DNA of 64,000 bases from Nitrospirota bacterium (lineage in GTDB: Bacteria > Nitrospirota > UBA9217), in NCBI GenBank assembly GCA_963790205.1, contig CAWBNQ010000014.1:96001-160000 (forward strand). The letters are read 5' to 3'. A program made the translations under genes and the position numbers. Below the pieces are notes generated by a model. It saw only the letters and a list, made by a program, of their open reading frames with translations, was not told the origin of the DNA and did no database searches. This document shows positions 9,953 through 22,605 of this stretch, in pieces; position 1 is the first letter of the stretch; each line of letters opens with the position of its first letter.

Positions 9953-9969
9953 CCTTTGCTATACTTTTC

Positions 9970-11082
9970 TTACCGTTCCACCACGATCCTGAGCATTCTC
10001 CGGAGCGGCTCTGCCGCGCCCCACAGGAGCTGGTCCCCGCAGGTGAAGGCATTCAAGAACGTCGGTCCCATGTTCATCTTGCGGAGCCGCCCCACCGGCA
10101 CGGTCAGGGTACCCGTTACCGCCGCAGGGGTAAGTTCCTGGACCGTTCTGTCGCGCTGGTTCGGGACGACCTTGGCCCACTGATTGTGCTTCGCAATCAT
10201 GTCAGTGATCTCGTTCAGCGGCACGTCCCTGGTCATCTTGATCGTAAGCGCCTGGCTGTGGCAGCGCATGGCGCCCACGCGTACGCAGGTGCCGTCGATG
10301 GGGATCGGCTTGTCCTCGCGGCCCAGGATCTTGTTCGTCTCGGCCTGGCCTTTCCACTCTTCCCTGCTCTGGCCGTTCTCGAGCTGCTTGTCGATCCAGG
10401 GAATGACAGAGCCTGCCAAAGGCGCGCCGAAAAACTCTTTAGGATAGGCATCGGAGCGGATATGGTCCGACACCGCGCGGTCGATCTCCAGGATCGCGCC
10501 TGCCGGGTCGTCCAGGAGGCTTTTTACCGCTCCATGGACCGAACCCATTTGTTTCAACAGTTCGCGCATGTTGTTCGCGCCCGCGCCCGAGGCCGCCTGG
10601 TAGGTCATGGCGCTCATCCATTCCACAAGCCCGCGCTCGTACAGGCCGCCCAGGGCCATGAGCATGAGCGACACGGTGCAATTGCCGCCGATGTAGTTCT
10701 TGACGCCCTTTGCCAGGCCGTTCTTGATGACGTTCAGATTGACCGGATCGAGGATGATGATGGAATCGTTCGTCATGCGAAGGGTAGACGCGGCATCGAT
10801 CCAGTAGCCCTTCCAGCCCGCTTCACGCAGCCTGGGGTACACCTCGGTCGTGTACTCTCCTCCTTGACAGGAGACGATGATCTCCATCGACTTCAGCTCA
10901 TTGACGTTCTTTGCGTCTTTGAGCGCCGGGACATCCTTGCCGATCTTCGGCCCCCTGCCGCCCACGTTCGAGGTGGTGAAGAACACCGGATCGATAAAAT
11001 TAAAATCCTTTTCCTCGTTCATGCGGCCCATGAGCACCGAGCCCACCATGCCGCGCCAACCGATAAAACCCACTCGCATCAT
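9970..11082 (-). CDS. asd: Aspartate-semialdehyde dehydrogenase (E. coli/proteobacterial long type)
   Basis: [46 protein letters not shown]. Confidence 0.95.
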   Translation of the reverse strand: MMRVGFIGWRGMVGSVLMGRMNEEKDFNFIDPVFFTTSNVGGRGPKIGKDVPALKDAKNVNELKSMEIIVSCQGGEYTTEVYPRLREAGWKGYWIDAASTLRMTNDSIIILDPVNLNVIKNGLAKGVKNYIGGNCTVSLMLMALGGLYERGLVEWMSAMTYQAASGAGANNMRELLKQMGSVHGAVKSLLDDPAGAILEIDRAVSDHIRSDAYPKEFFGAPLAGSVIPWIDKQLENGQSREEWKGQAETNKILGREDKPIPIDGTCVRVGAMRCHSQALTIKMTRDVPLNEITDMIAKHNQWAKVVPNQRDRTVQELTPAAVTGTLTVPVGRLRKMNMGPTFLNAFTCGDQLLWGAAEPLRRMLRIVVER

Positions 11083-11156
11083 TGCCTAGCTCCTGATCAA
11101 GATTTTTACTTTCACGTCTGCCGTCCGGGCTTGACCGGGGACCGGAAACTTTTGCT

Positions 11157-11825
11157 TCAGACGGGCTTTCGAATGACCCCTAATTTCCCGTGCATCACCT
11201 GTCCGGGCCGATTCAATTCCTTCATGAATTCCTTATATGCCTGATCCGATCCATCCCACCGCATATGCAAGGGATCGCAGTCGTCCACGATCATAATCCC
11301 GCCCGGGCTCAGCATTTCATACAGTTCGGGCAGGGACTTTTTTATAGGCCGGTACAGGTCGACATCCAGCAGGATAAAGGACAGGGGGCCCAGGGCGGCG
11401 ACATCGAATTTATTGATGTCTGCTTCGAACGAACGGACCCGGTCGATGTCGTTCGACCGCATGGTCCCGTCGAACCATTTCTTCTTATTCACTTGAAACC
11501 GCTTGAACAGCTTTTCACTTTTCCCCCGGTTCGCCACTTCATACCGGACATCATCGACGACAAAGCCGGAAAACGTATCAATGGTGTAGTAGGCCTTTTC
11601 GATATTCTGGCAGGTCATGTACTTATTGAGAAATATTGTTGTTAATCCATTCGCGCATCCAACTTCCGCAATCGAACCCGCGATGTGTTTGGTCTCCTCC
11701 ATGCATTGACACAGGAAGCATAATTGGGGGGGAGTAAAATTATAGAGATATTTCGGGAAAAAATACCGCCTGAGAGGAGTATGGAACAGTATTTCCCTCG
11801 TCAACTTTTGAAAGCTTGCAATCAT
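11157..11825 (-). CDS. TylF/MycF-like O-methyltransferase
   Basis: GSIAEVGCANG, DTFSGF, LDVDLY, PGGIMIVDD. Confidence 0.8.
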   Translation of the reverse strand: MIASFQKLTREILFHTPLRRYFFPKYLYNFTPPQLCFLCQCMEETKHIAGSIAEVGCANGLTTIFLNKYMTCQNIEKAYYTIDTFSGFVVDDVRYEVANRGKSEKLFKRFQVNKKKWFDGTMRSNDIDRVRSFEADINKFDVAALGPLSFILLDVDLYRPIKKSLPELYEMLSPGGIMIVDDCDPLHMRWDGSDQAYKEFMKELNRPGQVMHGKLGVIRKPV

Positions 11826-11921
11826 TCGGGCCTCTTCCTTCTAAAATCTGCTCGCATCATTGCATTGCTCCTGCTTTTTATATTTTTACTACGAGCTATG
11901 AACTCGGAAATATGAACTGCC

Positions 11922-12998
11922 TTAAACCATCCCCGCCACCATGTCCCCTACTTCGGTTGTGGACATGCCCATCTTCCCGGCGGCCTGGCTCTTCATCTTC
12001 TTCATCGTCGATATCATGGCCGCCTCGATCGCCTGCGCGGACTTCGTTTCGCCGAGCGAGTCGAGCATCATCATCGCCGCCCCGATCGCCGCCATGGGAT
12101 TGATCACCTTCTGGCCCGCGTACTTCGGCGCGCTGCCGCCCATGGGCTCGAACATGGAAACGCCCTCGGGGTTGATGTTCCCGCCGGACGCAACGCCCAG
12201 ACCGCCCTGGATCATGGCGCCGAGGTCGGTGATGATGTCGCCGAAGAGGTTCTCCGTGACCGCCACGTCGAACCATTCGGGGTTCTTCACGAACCACATG
12301 TTCGCGGCATCGATGTGGTTGTAGTCGCGCTTGAGCTCGGGATACTGCTTCGCGCCCATCTCTTCGAACGCGCGGTACCAGAGGTCGCCGCAATGGGTCA
12401 GCACGTTCCGCTTGTGGATGAGCGTGATCGGCTTTGCCGCGTACTGCGGGTCCTTGGCATTGCGCTTCTTTTTCAGTTCAAAGGCATACTTGAGACAGCG
12501 GTCCACCGTGCGACGGTCGTAGACCATGAGCTGTGTCGCGATCTCCTCGGTCGTACCCACGCGGGTTGCACCGCCGTGGCCCGTGTAAATGCCGCCCGTG
12601 TTCTCGCGGATCACCACGAAATCGATGTCCTCGGGTCTCTTGTCCTTGAGCGGGGTCTCGACGTTGGGATAGAGCTTCACCGGCCGGAGATTGATGTACT
12701 GGTCGAGGGCAAAGCGTATCTTGAGCAGGATCCCTGCTTCGAGGATGCCGGGTTTCACGCCGGGATGCCCGATGGCGCCGAGGAACATTGAGTCGAACTT
12801 TTTGAATTCGGCGATCGCGCTGTCGGGAAGCGTTTCCCCGGTCTTTAAGTAGCGCGCGGCGCCGAAGTCGAACTCGCTGAACTCGAGTTTGAACCCGTTC
12901 TTTGCGGCGGAGGCCTTGACGACTTTTACCGCTTCTCGAACGACCTCGGGGCCGGTCCCGTCCCCGGGGATCAATGCGATCTTGTAGGTCTTTGCCAT
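11922..12998 (-). CDS. leuB: 3-isopropylmalate dehydrogenase
   Basis: IPGDGTGPEV, NLRPVK, NLFGDIITDL, FEPMGGSAP; located in leu operon. Confidence 0.9.
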   Translation of the reverse strand: MAKTYKIALIPGDGTGPEVVREAVKVVKASAAKNGFKLEFSEFDFGAARYLKTGETLPDSAIAEFKKFDSMFLGAIGHPGVKPGILEAGILLKIRFALDQYINLRPVKLYPNVETPLKDKRPEDIDFVVIRENTGGIYTGHGGATRVGTTEEIATQLMVYDRRTVDRCLKYAFELKKKRNAKDPQYAAKPITLIHKRNVLTHCGDLWYRAFEEMGAKQYPELKRDYNHIDAANMWFVKNPEWFDVAVTENLFGDIITDLGAMIQGGLGVASGGNINPEGVSMFEPMGGSAPKYAGQKVINPMAAIGAAMMMLDSLGETKSAQAIEAAMISTMKKMKSQAAGKMGMSTTEVGDMVAGMV

Positions 12999-13077
12999 GA
13001 ATGAAGGTTCCTTTCAGAAAATTCCGTCATTCCCGCTTTCCTGGAATGACGAACTATATACATACCAAGAGACGAAC

Positions 13078-13308
13078 CTATCGTTTCCTCGCGCTGCAGT
13101 TGTTGGTCCGCATCTCACTACACCCTTTGTCTCCGGGAATAAAATCGAGCGAGCAACCGTTCTCCGGGGAATCGCCGGCCCCCTTGTCCTCATACAGCGA
13201 ACGGTCAAGGTTCATCGAGTGATAAACGCAGGTATCGCAGTGCGGATCGTCGGTCTGCTGCTGTTTGCGGGGTTGCAGTGCTTTCATCAACTTGAAACAC
13301 GCTGTCAA
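13078..13308 (-). CDS. Small Cys-rich hypothetical protein (start uncertain)
   Basis: CDTC...GCSL...GCSE...NCS pattern; co-oriented and fills the leuD-leuB gap. Confidence 0.45.
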   Translation of the reverse strand: MTACFKLMKALQPRKQQQTDDPHCDTCVYHSMNLDRSLYEDKGAGDSPENGCSLDFIPGDKGCSEMRTNNCSARKR

Positions 13309-13806
13309 TTACAGGCCTGCCTTCTTCTTCGTATATGCCATAAGACCGCCTGCCGCGATGAGTTCCTGCATGAACGGCGGCACGGGGGCCACCCTGAACA
13401 TTTTATTCGACGTAAGATTACGGACCACTCCCGCATCCGCATCCACCTCGATCTGGTCGCCTTCTTTGATGCCGTCAACGGCCTCCGCGCTCTCGAAGAT
13501 CGGGAGCCCCATATTGAAGCAGTTCCGGTAGAAGATCCGTGCAAAGCTCTTGGCCACGACGCAGGACACGCCTGCGGCCTTGATCGCTATCGGCGCATGC
13601 TCGCGGGACGAGCCGCACCCGAAGTTCTTCTCGGCAACGATGATGTCCCCGGGCTTCATTTTCTTCACGAAGTCGGGGTTGGTCGAGTCTTCCATGCAGT
13701 GCTTTGCCAGTTCTTTCGGTTCCGAGGTGTTCAGATACCGCGCCGGAACGATCGCGTCCGTGTCGATGTCGGCCCCGAATTTCCATGCATTGCCTTTGAA
13801 TTTCAT
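13309..13806 (-). CDS. leuD: 3-isopropylmalate dehydratase small subunit
   Basis: DIDTDAIVPARYL, NFGCGSSREHAP, SFARIFYRN. Confidence 0.95.
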   Translation of the reverse strand: MKFKGNAWKFGADIDTDAIVPARYLNTSEPKELAKHCMEDSTNPDFVKKMKPGDIIVAEKNFGCGSSREHAPIAIKAAGVSCVVAKSFARIFYRNCFNMGLPIFESAEAVDGIKEGDQIEVDADAGVVRNLTSNKMFRVAPVPPFMQELIAAGGLMAYTKKKAGL

Positions 13807-13870
13807 GTGATAACCTCGTATGTTCAAACCGTTCAAACAGTTTAAACCGTTTAAACCGCTTGAACCATTT

Positions 13871-15130
13871 TTATTTCAATTCTTCGGGTCTTCCGATCCT
13901 GCCGAGCACCGCAGACGCCGCCGCTATGGCCGGGTTTGACAGATAGACCTCGCTCTTGGGATGGCCCATCCTGCCCACGAAGTTCCGGTTCGTGGTGCTT
14001 ATGGAACGCTCGCCGGACGCCAGAATACCCATGTGGCCGCCCAGGCACGGGCCGCATGTCGGCGTGCTGAATGCGGCACCCGCATCAATAAATACGTCCA
14101 CAAGGCCTTCGCGAATGCACTGTTTGTAGACCGCTTGCGTGGCCGGGATCACGATCATACGCACGTAGGGATGGACCTTGTGCCCTTTGATGACCTTGGC
14201 CGCCTCGCGCATGTCCTCGATCCGGCCGTTCGTGCAGGAGCCCACAACGGACTGGTCGATATTGATCGCCGCAAGCTGGCTCACGGGCTTTACGTTCTCC
14301 GGCAGGTGCGGGCAGGCGATCTGCGGCTCCATGCCGGTCAGGTCGTACTCGCGCACGTCCGCGTAGTTCGCCTTCTTGTCGCTCTTGTAAAACTTATACT
14401 TGCGCCGTGCGCGCTTCGACACATATTTCTCGGTGATCTCATCGGGCTCGATGATGCCGTTCTTGCCCCCTGCTTCGATCGCCATGTTGCAGATCGTGAG
14501 CCTGCCGGACATGGGGAGTTTTTTGATCACCTCACCGGTAAACTCCATGGCCCGGTACAGTGCGCCATCCACACCGATGTCGCCGATGGTCTTGAGAATG
14601 ATGTCCTTGCCGCCGACCCACGTGCCGAGTTTTCCCTTGTAGATGAACTTCATGCTCTCCGGCACCTTGAACCAGGCCTCGCCGGTGATCATGGCCGCTG
14701 CCACGTCCGTGCTGCCCACGCCCGTCGAGAATGCGCCCAGGCCGCCGTAGGTGCAGGTGTGGCTGTCCGCGCCGATCACCACGTCGCCGGGGACCACGAT
14801 CCCCTGCTCCGGAAGGAGCGCGTGCTCCACGCCCATCCGGCCGACCTCGAAGTAGAGCGAGAGGGCATGCTCCCGCGCGAACTGACGAAGCAGGCTGCAC
14901 TGTTCGGCGGACGCAATGTCCTTGTTCGGCGCGAAGTGGTCGGGAATAAGCGCGATCCGGTCGGGATCGAACACCTTTTTGGCGCCTGCGGCGCGGAACT
15001 CCTTGATCGCGATGGGCGCGGTGATGTCGTTCGCGAGCACCAGGTCCAGTTTCGCGTTGATCAGTTCTCCCGGAACGACTTCTTTTTTGCCGCAGTGAGC
15101 GGCGAGTATCTTTTCCGTTATGGTCATCAT
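13871..15130 (-). CDS. leuC: 3-isopropylmalate dehydratase large subunit
   Basis: [28 protein letters not shown]. Confidence 0.95.
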   Translation of the reverse strand: MMTITEKILAAHCGKKEVVPGELINAKLDLVLANDITAPIAIKEFRAAGAKKVFDPDRIALIPDHFAPNKDIASAEQCSLLRQFAREHALSLYFEVGRMGVEHALLPEQGIVVPGDVVIGADSHTCTYGGLGAFSTGVGSTDVAAAMITGEAWFKVPESMKFIYKGKLGTWVGGKDIILKTIGDIGVDGALYRAMEFTGEVIKKLPMSGRLTICNMAIEAGGKNGIIEPDEITEKYVSKRARRKYKFYKSDKKANYADVREYDLTGMEPQIACPHLPENVKPVSQLAAINIDQSVVGSCTNGRIEDMREAAKVIKGHKVHPYVRMIVIPATQAVYKQCIREGLVDVFIDAGAAFSTPTCGPCLGGHMGILASGERSISTTNRNFVGRMGHPKSEVYLSNPAIAAASAVLGRIGRPEELK

Positions 15131-15196
15131 AGATTTTTGAATATACAATATCCCCTGTTCAGATTCAACTGTTTTCTGGTTTTGTTTTTACCCTAC

Positions 15197-16729
15197 TTAG
15201 CTGCTCTTGCCTTTGCCTTTTTTCCAGTGTTCCAGTTTGTTCAAAGCATTCACGTACGCCTTGGCGCTTGCTATGATGATGTCCGTGTCCGCGCCGTGGC
15301 CTGCAACCTTTTTGCCGCCTTCTTCGACCTTCACGGTCACTTCACCCTGCGCGTCCGTACCGCCGGTGATTCCCTTCACGAGATAGGCCTCGAGCTTGCT
15401 TTTGGTGCCCGTCATCGCCGCGATCGTCCGGTATACCGCATCCACCGGTCCGTCTCCGGTACCCGTCTGCTTTACGAGCTTTCCATCCACCGCCATCTCG
15501 ACGGTTGCCGAAGGTGTTATTCCCGTCCCGCTCTCGGCACGGAGGTTCTTGAGCACATACACCTCGGTGATGTGCTTGACCTTGTCGGAAATAAGGGCCT
15601 CGATGTCCTCATCGTAGACTTCTTTTTTCTTGTCCGCCAGGCCGAGGAACGCCTCATACACCTTCTCAAACTCAGCGTCCGGCAGGTCGCTTCCGAGCTC
15701 TGCGATACGGTGTTTAAGGGCATGCCGCCCGGAACGGGCGGTCAATATAATGGAGGAGCCGCCTGCGCCGACGTCCGCGGGATCTATGATCTCGTAGGTC
15801 GATCGTTCCTTCAAGACGCCATCCTGATGAATGCCGGACGAGTGGGCGAAGGCGTTCGCGCCTACGATCGCCTTGTTCGGCTGTATCATGATGCCCGTGA
15901 TCGACGACACCAGCCGCGATGCGCGCATGAGCTCCTTGGCATTAATGTTCGTGTCGGCGTTGAAATAGGCTCGTCGCTGGCGCAGCGCCATGACGACCTC
16001 TTCCATCGCGGTGTTCCCGGCGCGCTCGCCGATGCCATTGATCGTACATTCTACCTGGGTTGCGCCGTTCTTGACTCCCGCGAGCGCATTGGCGGTGGCC
16101 ATGCCCAGGTCGTTATGGCAATGAACGGATAGGGTAACCTTTTCCGCACCCGGCACGTTTTCCCTGATTCCGCGGATAAGTGCCCCATACTCCTCGGGAT
16201 AGGTATAGCCGGTCGTATCGGGAATATTGACGACGGTAGCGCCGGCCTTGATCACCGCATCTACCATGCGGTAGAGAAAAGCGGGTTCCGCACGGCCCGC
16301 GTCCTCGGCGTAGAACTCCATATCGCCTACGAATTTACGGGCGAGCTTTACCGCGGCAATTGCGCGTTCCAACGCCTCTTCCCGGCTGATCCGCAATTTG
16401 TGCTGAAGATGGCTTTCGGAAACGCCGATCCCGGTATGGATCCGGGGCCGTTTGGCCGTTTTGAGCGCATCGGCCGCGACTTCAATGTCTTTTGCAATGG
16501 CGCGAGACAGGGCGCATACCACAGCGGCATCGCCTACCTCTTCGCCGATTTTTCGCACACTCTCGAAATCACCGGGGCTCGAGATCGGGAATCCGGCTTC
16601 GATAACGTCGACGCCGAGACGGACGAGTTGCCTGGCAATCTCGATCTTTTCCGCAGTGTTCATGCTCGCGCCCGGGGACTGTTCCCCGTCGCGGAGCGTC
16701 GTGTCGAATATTTTGATGATGGTGCTCAT
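15197..16729 (-). CDS. leuA: 2-isopropylmalate synthase
   Basis: [43 protein letters not shown]. Confidence 0.96.
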   Translation of the reverse strand: MSTIIKIFDTTLRDGEQSPGASMNTAEKIEIARQLVRLGVDVIEAGFPISSPGDFESVRKIGEEVGDAAVVCALSRAIAKDIEVAADALKTAKRPRIHTGIGVSESHLQHKLRISREEALERAIAAVKLARKFVGDMEFYAEDAGRAEPAFLYRMVDAVIKAGATVVNIPDTTGYTYPEEYGALIRGIRENVPGAEKVTLSVHCHNDLGMATANALAGVKNGATQVECTINGIGERAGNTAMEEVVMALRQRRAYFNADTNINAKELMRASRLVSSITGIMIQPNKAIVGANAFAHSSGIHQDGVLKERSTYEIIDPADVGAGGSSIILTARSGRHALKHRIAELGSDLPDAEFEKVYEAFLGLADKKKEVYDEDIEALISDKVKHITEVYVLKNLRAESGTGITPSATVEMAVDGKLVKQTGTGDGPVDAVYRTIAAMTGTKSKLEAYLVKGITGGTDAQGEVTVKVEEGGKKVAGHGADTDIIIASAKAYVNALNKLEHWKKGKGKSS

Positions 16730-16896
16730 AGGTTCCTCCACGTCATGCTGCGAGAGCCTGACGCATGGTGCAGCTTTGTGAAACGGCACAGAAGTTCAGA
16801 AGATGGGAAGATAAGAAGATGGGGAAATGGCGGGAGAGTGGGCAAAACTTCTCATTTTCTCAACTTCGCAGCTTCCTTAATTGCTTTACCTTCTTG

Positions 16897-17646
16897 CTAG
16901 GCAGCGGCCGGCTTCCGTCTCCTGATCAGTTTGTACAGCGCCTCGGCTATACCGATCAAAACGTAGGAGATGGATACCAGGAACAGGACGAGCGCGGGAT
17001 GGTATGCCACAACTGCCAGAAATGCAGCCATGACGACCAGCAGCCCGAAGGGCCGGCGTTGCTTCAGGTTTGCTTCCTTCAGGCTGTGGTACGTGATGTT
17101 GCTCACCATGAGCCCCGCGAGAAGGAACGTCAGCGCCAGCACCCAGTAATCCTTCCCTACGGCGTCAGCGAGCCGCGCGAGGTTCAGGTGTTCGAGGATA
17201 TCAATGAAATCCTGGTAGGCGAGCACCGTGGTCGCGATCACGAGCGCCGAGGCCGGGATCGGCAGTCCCGAAAAGTGTTTTTTCTCCGTACTGCCCATCT
17301 GGACATTGAACCGCGCAAGCCGGAGCGCCCCGCAGGCAACGAGGAAAAAAGACCCCAGCCATCCAATGCGGCCGAAGGAGGAAAGCGTCCAGGTGTAGAC
17401 GAGGACGCCCGGCGCGACGCCGAAGGATATCACGTCGGCAAGCGAGTCGATCTCAATGCCGAAGCGCGTTGCCGTGTGAGTCATCCTCGCGACCCACCCG
17501 TCGAGTGCGTCAAAAACCGAGGCGATCAGGATGGCCCACGCGGCCCGTTCATAATCCGAGTTCAGCGACGCGATGATCGAATAAAACCCGGCGAACATGC
17601 TCGACAGCGTGATAAGGTTGGGGAGCACGTATATCCCTTTTCTCAT
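16897..17646 (-). CDS. pssA: CDP-diacylglycerol-serine O-phosphatidyltransferase
   Basis: DALDGWVAR...DSLADVISFGVAP, ALRLARFN, FSGLPIP; ATGA overlap with psd. Confidence 0.93.
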   Translation of the reverse strand: MRKGIYVLPNLITLSSMFAGFYSIIASLNSDYERAAWAILIASVFDALDGWVARMTHTATRFGIEIDSLADVISFGVAPGVLVYTWTLSSFGRIGWLGSFFLVACGALRLARFNVQMGSTEKKHFSGLPIPASALVIATTVLAYQDFIDILEHLNLARLADAVGKDYWVLALTFLLAGLMVSNITYHSLKEANLKQRRPFGLLVVMAAFLAVVAYHPALVLFLVSISYVLIGIAEALYKLIRRRKPAAA

Positions 17647-18287
17647 TTGAGCACCCCGATGACGTCCCGCGCCCCTTTGATCCTGTCGCCGACCTTCACT
17701 CTGAGTTCGGTTTCCTTCGGGAGGAAAAGGTCCACCCGCGAACCGAACCGGATCAGGCCGTAGCGCTCGCCCGCCTTGACCGCATCTCCGGGCTTGGCGT
17801 AGCACACGATGCGGCGTGCAATCAACCCGGCGATTTGTTTGACGAGTACCTTCCGTTTTCCGTTCGCAATGACCATTGCCGTCTGCTCGTTTTCCAGAGA
17901 GGCCTTATCGACCGAGGCCACGTGAAATCTGCCGGGGTTGTATTTGACGAGTTCAACGTCCCCTCCGCACGGCGCACGGTTCACGTGCACATTGAACACG
18001 GAAAGAAAAATGCTGACCTGCTTCACGTCCTGCTTCAGGTAATCGGGCTCGTAGATGTCCTTGATCACGATCACACGCCCGTCAGCCGGCGAAACCACGA
18101 TGTCCTTGCCCTGGGGGACCGTCCGCTCGGGGTCCCGGAAAAAGAACAGGACGAAAAGCGTCAGCACCAGCGCGGCAACGCCGGCATCCTTCCCTCCCAG
18201 CGCAAAGAGAAGGACCGTGGCGATTGCGAGAGGGACGATAAACGGCCAGCCTTCGGCAGCCACGGGTATTCCGTAGTTTTTCATCAT
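17643..18287 (-). CDS. psd: Phosphatidylserine decarboxylase proenzyme
   Basis: FFRDPER, SPADG, IFLSVFNVHVNRAP, RFGSRVD. Confidence 0.93.
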   Translation of the reverse strand: MMKNYGIPVAAEGWPFIVPLAIATVLLFALGGKDAGVAALVLTLFVLFFFRDPERTVPQGKDIVVSPADGRVIVIKDIYEPDYLKQDVKQVSIFLSVFNVHVNRAPCGGDVELVKYNPGRFHVASVDKASLENEQTAMVIANGKRKVLVKQIAGLIARRIVCYAKPGDAVKAGERYGLIRFGSRVDLFLPKETELRVKVGDRIKGARDVIGVLK

Positions 18288-18300
18288 ATCGAAAACCTTT

Positions 18301-18443
18301 TCACCACAGAGAACACCGAGAGATGCTAAAGCAAAAGGATAAAACGTATCCGCAGATTTCGCAGATACTATATTTGAGAAAACAGCTACGGACTAACATA
18401 GCCATTCTCTGTGTCTCTGTGTCTCTGTGACCTCTGTGGTTCA
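18301..18443. repeat. CACAGAG/CTCTGTG-type palindromic intergenic repeat
   Basis: ACCACAGAGAACACCGAG...CTCTGTGTCTCTGTGACCTCTGTGGT; related copies at ~5564-5740 and 61933-62057. Confidence 0.7.
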
Positions 18444-18452
18444 TTCCTGGAA

Positions 18453-19508
<1,056 letters not shown>

Positions 19509-20144
19509 TTACTTCAATTTACTTTTCAGCTCTTCATCGGCAAAGATCTGGTCGATCGCGCCCGTCAGTGCGTCGGAAAGCGCCTTTTCCACAAAATCGG
19601 ACGAGAAAGCGACGTTCTGGCGCTCCATCCTGCTGTCGACGTTCAGCACCCGGATGATTTTCTTCTGCGCCAGGTCCGCCACGGAGATGCGAAGCTGCAC
19701 CTCCGCCGTGTAGGTCGTGTTCGCAAACCGAGACCTGGTATCCACCCAGAGTTTTTTGACCTCGCCGCTGATAAGAAGGTCCGCCCCGTTCGCGGGGAGT
19801 CCGGCTTCGGTCAGGTCCCATGCAGGAAAGTCCTTTTCCGCGATCCCGCGCGCCTTGAGCGCGCTTTTCAGGGCCGCCGTCACTCTGTCGACTGCTATGC
19901 CCTGCACCACCAGATCGTTCACCTGATCACTCGATTCAAGGGAGCGCTTTCCTATGACCGACGCGACTTTTCCGCGATCATCCCGAAAGGGACTTACGCC
20001 GACGGTCGCCTTTACGGCCCCGGCGCCAGCGCCCTGCGGCGGCTGGTACTGAAAATCAACAAGAAGAGGACCTTGATGCACGCAGGCCGACAAAAAAACT
20101 GCCAGCACGATTGCGCCCCCGATGTGTCTGTATGAATATCTCAT
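19509..20144 (-). CDS. Lipoprotein (YajG-like)
   Basis: Lipobox FLSAC after a hydrophobic signal peptide; VSPFRDDR motif; RBS AAGGAG. Confidence 0.75.
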   Translation of the reverse strand: MRYSYRHIGGAIVLAVFLSACVHQGPLLVDFQYQPPQGAGAGAVKATVGVSPFRDDRGKVASVIGKRSLESSDQVNDLVVQGIAVDRVTAALKSALKARGIAEKDFPAWDLTEAGLPANGADLLISGEVKKLWVDTRSRFANTTYTAEVQLRISVADLAQKKIIRVLNVDSRMERQNVAFSSDFVEKALSDALTGAIDQIFADEELKSKLK

Positions 20145-20173
20145 GCCGTTCTCTCCTTCCGTTCTCGTTGGTT

Positions 20174-20647
20174 TTACTCCCGGGTAATGGCCACCTTGCC
20201 GGTCCGGACGATCTCTTTGATGCCGATGGGCCGGAGGAGCTCGATGATCGCCGCGATCTTCTTCTCGTCTCCCGTTATCTGGAACGTATAACTTTTTTGA
20301 GAGGAGTCGACGACGCGGGCGCGGAAGATATCGGCGATCCTGAGCGCCTCGGCCCGGTGCTCGGTCGGGGCATTGACCTTGATGAGGCACATCTCCCGCT
20401 CAACGTATTCCGTGTCGGCAAGGTCCGTCACCTTGATGACGTCAATGAGCTTGTTGAGCTGCTTGACGATCTGCTCCAGGATGCGCTCGTCCCCCTCCGT
20501 AACAATCGTCATCTGCGAGATCGTGGGATCGAGCGTGGGGCCGATCGAGATGGTCTCGATATTGAACCCCCTGCCGGAAAACAGCCCCGAGACCCGGGAC
20601 AGCACGCCGAATTTGTTTTCAACCAGGACCGATATGATATGTTTCAT
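20174..20647 (-). CDS. ilvN: Acetolactate synthase small subunit
   Basis: [38 protein letters not shown]. Confidence 0.95.
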   Translation of the reverse strand: MKHIISVLVENKFGVLSRVSGLFSGRGFNIETISIGPTLDPTISQMTIVTEGDERILEQIVKQLNKLIDVIKVTDLADTEYVEREMCLIKVNAPTEHRAEALRIADIFRARVVDSSQKSYTFQITGDEKKIAAIIELLRPIGIKEIVRTGKVAITRE

Positions 20648-20754
20648 CGTTTGCCCGCCTTAGCTTCATTGATCGTAGTTTTATTCCGCATTCCGGCTGC
20701 ACCCGGCCTTTTCGAGTGGAACCGCGAGAGCAGGGCGCATTCCGCAATCCGAAA

Positions 20755-22494
20755 TTACTTAACGGCTTTCAACTTCTTCTCTTCTTTTTTCTTCTCTTCC
20801 CCGAAGAGCATCTCGTTGATGGATGCGCCTGCCGGCACCATGGGGAAGACTTTCTCGTACCGTGCGGTGATGAAGTCCATGAACACGGTCCTCTTCGCTT
20901 TAAGGGCCTCTTTGAGCACGGGCACCACATCCACGGGCTTTGCCGCGCGCAAGCCGATGGCGCCGTAGGCCTCGGCCAGCTTCACGAAGTCAGGCGTGCT
21001 CCCGAGGTCCGTAGAAGAGTAGCGTTCGGAGTAGAACAACTCCTGCCACTGCCGCACCATGCCGAGATACCGGTTGTTCAGGATCGCGACCTTGACCGGG
21101 ATATTGTTCTCCACCGATGTGGCAAGCTCCTGGATATTCATCTGGATGCTGCCGTCGCCGGAAATGCTGAATACCTCCCGGCCCGGATTGGCAACCTTCG
21201 CGCCGATGGCTGCCGGGAACCCGTACCCCATGGTCCCGAGCCCGCCGGACGTGCACCAGTTCCTGGGCTTATCGAACTTATAGTACTGCGCGGCCCACAT
21301 CTGGTGCTGGCCCACGTCGGTCACGATGATCGCGTCACCGCGGGTGATCTCGTAGAGCTTCTCAACCACGAACTGCGGTTTAATGACGTCATCGGCATAT
21401 TCGTACGTAAGCGGCCGTTCTTCGCGCCAAGTCTCGATCTGCTTGAGCCAGCTTTTGCGGATCTGGTCCCAGGGTTCTTTGATATGGCGGAGTTCCTTGT
21501 TGAGGTCCACCATTACATGTTTCACGTCGCCTACGATCGGGATGTCCACTCGCACGTTCTTCCGGATCGAGGTCGGGTCGACATCGATATGGATGATCTT
21601 GGCCTGAGGCGCAAAACCCTCCACCTTGCCGGTCACCCGGTCGTCGAACCGCGCGCCGATGGCGACGATCAGGTCCGAGTTGTGAATCGACATGTTGGCA
21701 TAGTAGGTCCCGTGCATGCCGAGCATGCCGAGCGACAGCGGATGCGTGCCCGGGAACCCGCCGATGCCCATGAGGGTATGGGTCACGGGGATCTTCGTGA
21801 TCTCGGCAAACTCGAGGATCTCCGCTGCAGCGTTCGAGAGGATGACGCCGCCGCCGATATAGGCCACGGGCTTCTTTGCCTTGGCAATTGCCTCTGCCGC
21901 CTGTTTGATCTGCCACTTGTTGCCGAAGACCGTGGGATTATAGCTCCTGATCTCGACCTTCTCGGGATAATGGAACTCTGCCTTGTTCGTCACCACATCC
22001 CTCGGAAGGTCGATAAGGACCGGTCCCGGCCGGCCTGTCGAGGCCAGATAGAACGCCTCCTTGACGGTCTGCGCGAGGTCCTTCACGTCCTTGACGAGGA
22101 AATTATACTTGGTGCAGGGGCGCGTGATGCCGACGATGTCCGCTTCCTGGAACGCATCGTTGCCGATCAGGGCCGTGGGCACCTGGCCGGTAAAGACCAC
22201 GATCGGGATGGAATCCATATATGCCGTGGCAAGGGCGGTGACCACGTTCGTGGCGCCCGGGCCTGAGGTCACGAGGGCAACGCCGACCCTGCCCGTGGAC
22301 CTGGCATAGCCGTCCGCCATATGGACCCCTCCCTGCTCGTGCCGCGGCAGGATCATGCGGACGTCCTTCTGCTCGTAGAATACGTCGAAGATCTTGAGCA
22401 CGACCCCTCCGGGATAGCAGAAGAGCGTGTCTACTTTCTCCTTTTTCAGGCACTCGAGGAGTATTTCAGCACCGGTAATCTCTTTCGTGGACAT
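20755..22494 (-). CDS. ilvB: Acetolactate synthase large subunit
   Basis: [30 protein letters not shown]. Confidence 0.96.
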   Translation of the reverse strand: MSTKEITGAEILLECLKKEKVDTLFCYPGGVVLKIFDVFYEQKDVRMILPRHEQGGVHMADGYARSTGRVGVALVTSGPGATNVVTALATAYMDSIPIVVFTGQVPTALIGNDAFQEADIVGITRPCTKYNFLVKDVKDLAQTVKEAFYLASTGRPGPVLIDLPRDVVTNKAEFHYPEKVEIRSYNPTVFGNKWQIKQAAEAIAKAKKPVAYIGGGVILSNAAAEILEFAEITKIPVTHTLMGIGGFPGTHPLSLGMLGMHGTYYANMSIHNSDLIVAIGARFDDRVTGKVEGFAPQAKIIHIDVDPTSIRKNVRVDIPIVGDVKHVMVDLNKELRHIKEPWDQIRKSWLKQIETWREERPLTYEYADDVIKPQFVVEKLYEITRGDAIIVTDVGQHQMWAAQYYKFDKPRNWCTSGGLGTMGYGFPAAIGAKVANPGREVFSISGDGSIQMNIQELATSVENNIPVKVAILNNRYLGMVRQWQELFYSERYSSTDLGSTPDFVKLAEAYGAIGLRAAKPVDVVPVLKEALKAKRTVFMDFITARYEKVFPMVPAGASINEMLFGEEKKKEEKKLKAVK

Positions 22495-22605
22495 GTTTAC
22501 ACCCTTTTAAAATCTGGAAGTTGAGAAGATCCGAAGTCGGGAAGATGGGAACGGTAGCTTTTGTATCATAATCTTCCCGGCTTCCCAATTTCGTAACGTC
22601 CGTTT

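Noticed and set aside
13961..16132. 723-aa plus-strand ORF (also 20716-22266, 44957-46438, 5779-7041, 9083-10183 and similar)
   Set aside because: Antisense shadows of well-conserved genes in GC-rich DNA, with no recognisable motifs
19509..20390. 293-aa version of the lipoprotein ORF
   Set aside because: The upstream part overlaps ilvN out of frame; RBS and signal peptide support the start at 20144
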